DNA of 64,000 bases, from NCBI GenBank assembly GCA_946414595.1, contig CAMKPE010000008.1, forward strand, positions 1,152 to 65,151. The letters run 5' to 3'. The stretch comes from an uncultured Clostridium sp. Its GTDB lineage: Bacteria; Bacillota_I; Bacilli_A; RF39; UBA660. Below, piece by piece: positions 60,801 to 64,000 of the stretch (its first letter is position 1; each line of letters starts with the position of its first letter). A program made the translations under genes and the position numbers. The notes beneath the pieces were generated by a model. The model was not told where the DNA came from and ran no database searches. It worked only from the letters and a program-made list of their open reading frames with translations.

Positions 60801-63385
60801 TATATTCTATGAACAAAAGATATAAAGAATGCTAATATACATATAATGTATGCAAATATAATTAAGTAATATATTCCAAGATATGTATAGTATGCAATGT
60901 TATTTAAAACATCAGATTTATAAATCTTTTGTAGTTTTTTAGTTCTATCTACAAGTAATAATAGTACTACTCCTACTATTGTAAGAAGAAGTCCTGGTAC
61001 AATTCCTTTTGGTGTATAAGTAAGTTCTATAATGTTTAAACCATAGTTAAGTGGTATTGCTACAAAGTTACCAAAGATAGTTTGAACATCAAGTCCTTGA
61101 GAATTATATCCAATATTTGGAAGTGGTACAAATAAAGTACTTGTTGTAAATGCTGTAGTTTCTATCGTTACTGTTCCTTTATTAATATCAAATTTTACTT
61201 CATCATGTTTAGCGTTAATAAACTCTTCATACTTGTCTAAGTCTAATAGACCTACTGATATATTTCTAACGTTTACTTTCTTTAATACTTCTATTTTAAT
61301 ATTAAGTTTTGTATTTTCATAAATACCTAAATCAAGTGTTCCATTTCTATCTTCATTCGGATAATTTTCATAGAATAATTCTCCATTTACATAGATATTA
61401 AATGATTTATAAGTATTTGTTTTCTTACTACTTTCGTATTCAGTGAATAACTCTAAATAAACTTCTTTTTTATTCTTTACTTCTATTTCTTTTTCAATAA
61501 CAGTATCTTTTGCTAATTCATTGGTTTCATTTAAATCTTCTATTGTAAAGATTTCTAAATTATTTGTTAAATAGCTATAGATAAGATTACTTGCTTCAAA
61601 ACTGTTTTTAACATCATCTAGTGTTGTTACTGAATCTTCATGATTATATACTACATAAGCATAAGGCATTTCATATTTGAACTTATATATTTTAATATTT
61701 TCTAATTCTTTATATAGTTCATAATATGGACTAGTATATTCATCTTTAGTAACTATGTATTTATATCCTAGAACTGTATCAATAAATAAGTTACCACCAA
61801 TTGACTCTGTATCCATCCAGTAAGAATCATATCCTAAAGTTTGTAATGTTCTAAAGTTATTCTTTTCTGTTAACGAAGTAAAGTTAGAGAATGTTCTAAA
61901 TCCAGTAACCATACCATAGTTACTAATTAAGTCTCTTTTAACTTCTTTAACGTTATAATACTCTGTTTCGTCTTTTAATTCATATAACTCATTCATAGTA
62001 TTATATTGTTCTTTTAATTTAGGATCATAGTTATAGAATCCAAAATACATATATGCATTTAGTAATACTACTAATAAAGAGATTGAACATATTATTGTTC
62101 TATTTCTTTTGCTCTTTTTAATTTCTAATAGTAATACTGCAATAATGGTAATAATTAATAATGCTGCCATTATTATGAATGCTGATTTATTCTTTGTATA
62201 AGTTAGTTTATATATTGCGCTTCTAATTGTTTGTCTTTTTAATAATGCTGCTACTATTGCAAGAACTACACCGCATGCTGCAACAAGACCAAATAGATTA
62301 GATTTTTTTATTTCAAACTTGTTATCTACTCTTTCTAAATAGTAAGCTGCTGCTACTACAAGTAAGAAGATAAAGATAAATCCATATCTATAAGTAAAGT
62401 ATACATAACTTCCTAAATGCCATATCTTGTTTATTGGTTCTACAAGTATTGGTAGACCCATTAATAGTAATAATGGGAAAATAAATAATGCAAACTTTTT
62501 ATGCTTTTTATAGTTAAGCCCTAAAAGAATAGTTAAAGCAATTAATGGTCCACTTGTAAATAATAATGCAATCTTATCAAGAAGTGGTCCTTTATTAGAA
62601 TTTAAAATTACTTTTAAATCTAATCCAGCTCTTTCAGAACTAGTTGTTTGTAATATTGCAGGAAGTACTATAACTGCTGATAAAAGCAATGATATTAATG
62701 TACAAATACCAAGAGTTAAGAGAGCTTTCTTCATATTCTTTTTATTAAAAATATATAAATAAATTCCTGATCCAATTAAGACAAATATTAATACAATAAT
62801 TGTTAAATAATAGTTAAGAATTAATGATAAAGCAAGAATAATTATATATAATTTCTTATCTTTTAATTCAAGTAATTCTTTTAATCCAACCATTAATAAT
62901 GGGAATAAATATACTATATCAATCCATCCAGTTATTATATGCATTACTAAGTTATAACTTGAGAATGCATATAGTAAAGATAAGAATACTTTTTCATATG
63001 TTTTTAATTTATTAAAGTATCTATCAACAAAGAATAAACATGTTACTGCTGATAATACTATTTTAAGAGCCACTATTATTGATACAGCTTCAGGTATCAT
63101 ATCACGTGGGAATAATAGAATAATTGCTGTAAATGGACTTAATATGTAATATGCAAGTATTCCTAAAAAGTTAATAGCACCCCCTGAATTAAAATTAACA
63201 AGAAGTGAGCCATCATATATAGCGTCCCTCAAGTGATAATAAAGTGCTGTTACTTGTTCATGCATATCGCTCCATATTACAGAATCACTTCCAAATGGGA
63301 ATATTCCTTTAAAAGCGAATATCAAGGATATTATTAGTAAAGAAATAATACTTGTTAAAAAATATTTGTTTTTTAGTAGTTTCAT
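60800..63385 (-). CDS. YfhO-family polytopic membrane protein (putative glycosyltransferase/flippase-like)
   Basis: 861 aa, with ~12 N-terminal TM helices, a large extracytoplasmic domain and one C-terminal TM segment. The size and layout are typical of YfhO. Confidence 0.6.
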   Translation of the reverse strand: MKLLKNKYFLTSIISLLIISLIFAFKGIFPFGSDSVIWSDMHEQVTALYYHLRDAIYDGSLLVNFNSGGAINFLGILAYYILSPFTAIILLFPRDMIPEAVSIIVALKIVLSAVTCLFFVDRYFNKLKTYEKVFLSLLYAFSSYNLVMHIITGWIDIVYLFPLLMVGLKELLELKDKKLYIIILALSLILNYYLTIIVLIFVLIGSGIYLYIFNKKNMKKALLTLGICTLISLLLSAVIVLPAILQTTSSERAGLDLKVILNSNKGPLLDKIALLFTSGPLIALTILLGLNYKKHKKFALFIFPLLLLMGLPILVEPINKIWHLGSYVYFTYRYGFIFIFLLVVAAAYYLERVDNKFEIKKSNLFGLVAACGVVLAIVAALLKRQTIRSAIYKLTYTKNKSAFIIMAALLIITIIAVLLLEIKKSKRNRTIICSISLLVVLLNAYMYFGFYNYDPKLKEQYNTMNELYELKDETEYYNVKEVKRDLISNYGMVTGFRTFSNFTSLTEKNNFRTLQTLGYDSYWMDTESIGGNLFIDTVLGYKYIVTKDEYTSPYYELYKELENIKIYKFKYEMPYAYVVYNHEDSVTTLDDVKNSFEASNLIYSYLTNNLEIFTIEDLNETNELAKDTVIEKEIEVKNKKEVYLELFTEYESSKKTNTYKSFNIYVNGELFYENYPNEDRNGTLDLGIYENTKLNIKIEVLKKVNVRNISVGLLDLDKYEEFINAKHDEVKFDINKGTVTIETTAFTTSTLFVPLPNIGYNSQGLDVQTIFGNFVAIPLNYGLNIIELTYTPKGIVPGLLLTIVGVVLLLLVDRTKKLQKIYKSDVLNNIAYYTYLGIYYLIIFAYIICILAFFISFVHRI

Positions 63386-63416
63386 AAAATACTCCTTTCA
63401 TGTAGAAAAGAACTGA

Positions 63417-64000
63417 TTATTCAGTTCTTAATGCCTCTACTGGATCTTTCTTACTAGCCATCTTGGCTGGTATTAATCCACCAATAATAGTTAAAGTTAA
63501 GCTTATTACTATTAATATTATTGCATGTAATGGATTTAATCTAGCCACATTTGATAGCTCAGTTAAATCATATAATACCATATTTATAGGTATCGTTAAT
63601 AATAATGCAATCAATATTCCTAATAATCCTGATGTGACTCCTATTATAAATGTCTCGGCATTAAATACTCTAGTAATGTCTTTCTTTCTAGCACCTAACG
63701 CCCTTAATATTCCTATTTCTTTTGTTCTTTCAAGAACACTTATATATGTTATTATACCAATCATTATTGAAGATACAATTAATGAAATTGAAGAGAATCC
63801 AATTAATACATAAGTAACAGCATCCATAATTGATCCTGATAAAGCAACAATTGTTTCAGCTAAATCTGTATATGTTACTCCACCATTAGAACTCTTTATT
63901 TCATTATTTTCAACAACGAACTCCACACCTTCAAAGTTTATTTGTCCACTTATCTTACCATCTATGTAAGTTAAATTTACAAGTATTGGAGATACATCTT
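63417..64000 (-). CDS. ABC transporter permease, FtsX/MacB type (C-terminal part; gene continues beyond the window)
   Basis: FtsX-domain TM helices with ISVLERTKEIGILRALGARKKDI and a C-terminus ..KKDPVEALRTE. I checked codon by codon that the frame stays open upstream of the track start to nt 63998. Confidence 0.8.
   Translation of the reverse strand, partial: DVSPILVNLTYIDGKISGQINFEGVEFVVENNEIKSSNGGVTYTDLAETIVALSGSIMDAVTYVLIGFSSISLIVSSIMIGIITYISVLERTKEIGILRALGARKKDITRVFNAETFIIGVTSGLLGILIALLLTIPINMVLYDLTELSNVARLNPLHAIILIVISLTLTIIGGLIPAKMASKKDPVEALRTE

Noticed and set aside
1-64000. Considered genetic code 4 (TGA = Trp), given the very low GC and Mollicutes-like style
   Set aside because: Trp in conserved motifs is encoded by TGG. 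TGA is used as a genuine stop, for example at 41842-41844 in an ATGA start/stop overlap. Long ORFs close properly with the standard code.

Overview
AT-rich sequence (roughly 30% GC by eye, not computed) from a low-GC Gram-positive bacterium (Bacillota). Gene style suggests an Erysipelotrichia- or Clostridia-like organism, but this cannot be proven here. The standard genetic code applies: Trp is TGG and TGA terminates. There are about 55 CDS, almost all on the minus strand up to 51.3 kb. I found no rRNA, tRNA, CRISPR, transposase or integrase. Housekeeping genes: ftsY-ylxM-[HerA-like ATPase]-ffh, ezrA, rpsD, tyrS with a T-box leader, trmB, a heterodimeric ABC exporter pair, a hybrid histidine kinase, an AMP-dependent ligase, a YfhO-type membrane protein and a DUF948/YtxH pair. 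Two accessory regions stand out. (1) 0.1-10.9 kb holds a single-domain ClpA/B-type AAA+ ATPase with a Q/N/G/P/Y-rich prion-like tail. It is followed by two tandem paralogous genes (959 and 1106 aa) for proteins with prepilin-type N-termini and long cysteine-rich repeat arrays. Each of these is followed by a small membrane-anchored protein. (2) 21.3-43.0 kb begins right after the ffh terminator. It holds two intact SipW-type signal peptidases (one fused to a TasA-like domain), one catalytically dead SipW paralogue, and at least eight proteins with TasA/SipW-type signal peptides, including a 2644-aa beta-helix repeat protein. In the middle of this locus sit a membrane-tethered McrB-family AAA+ GTPase, a McrC/DUF2357-like partner with no visible nuclease, and an unknown 324-aa protein. 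I consider this second locus, and especially the McrBC-like module inside it, the best candidate for an undescribed system. All domain calls come from motifs read by eye and need profile or structure searches to confirm.
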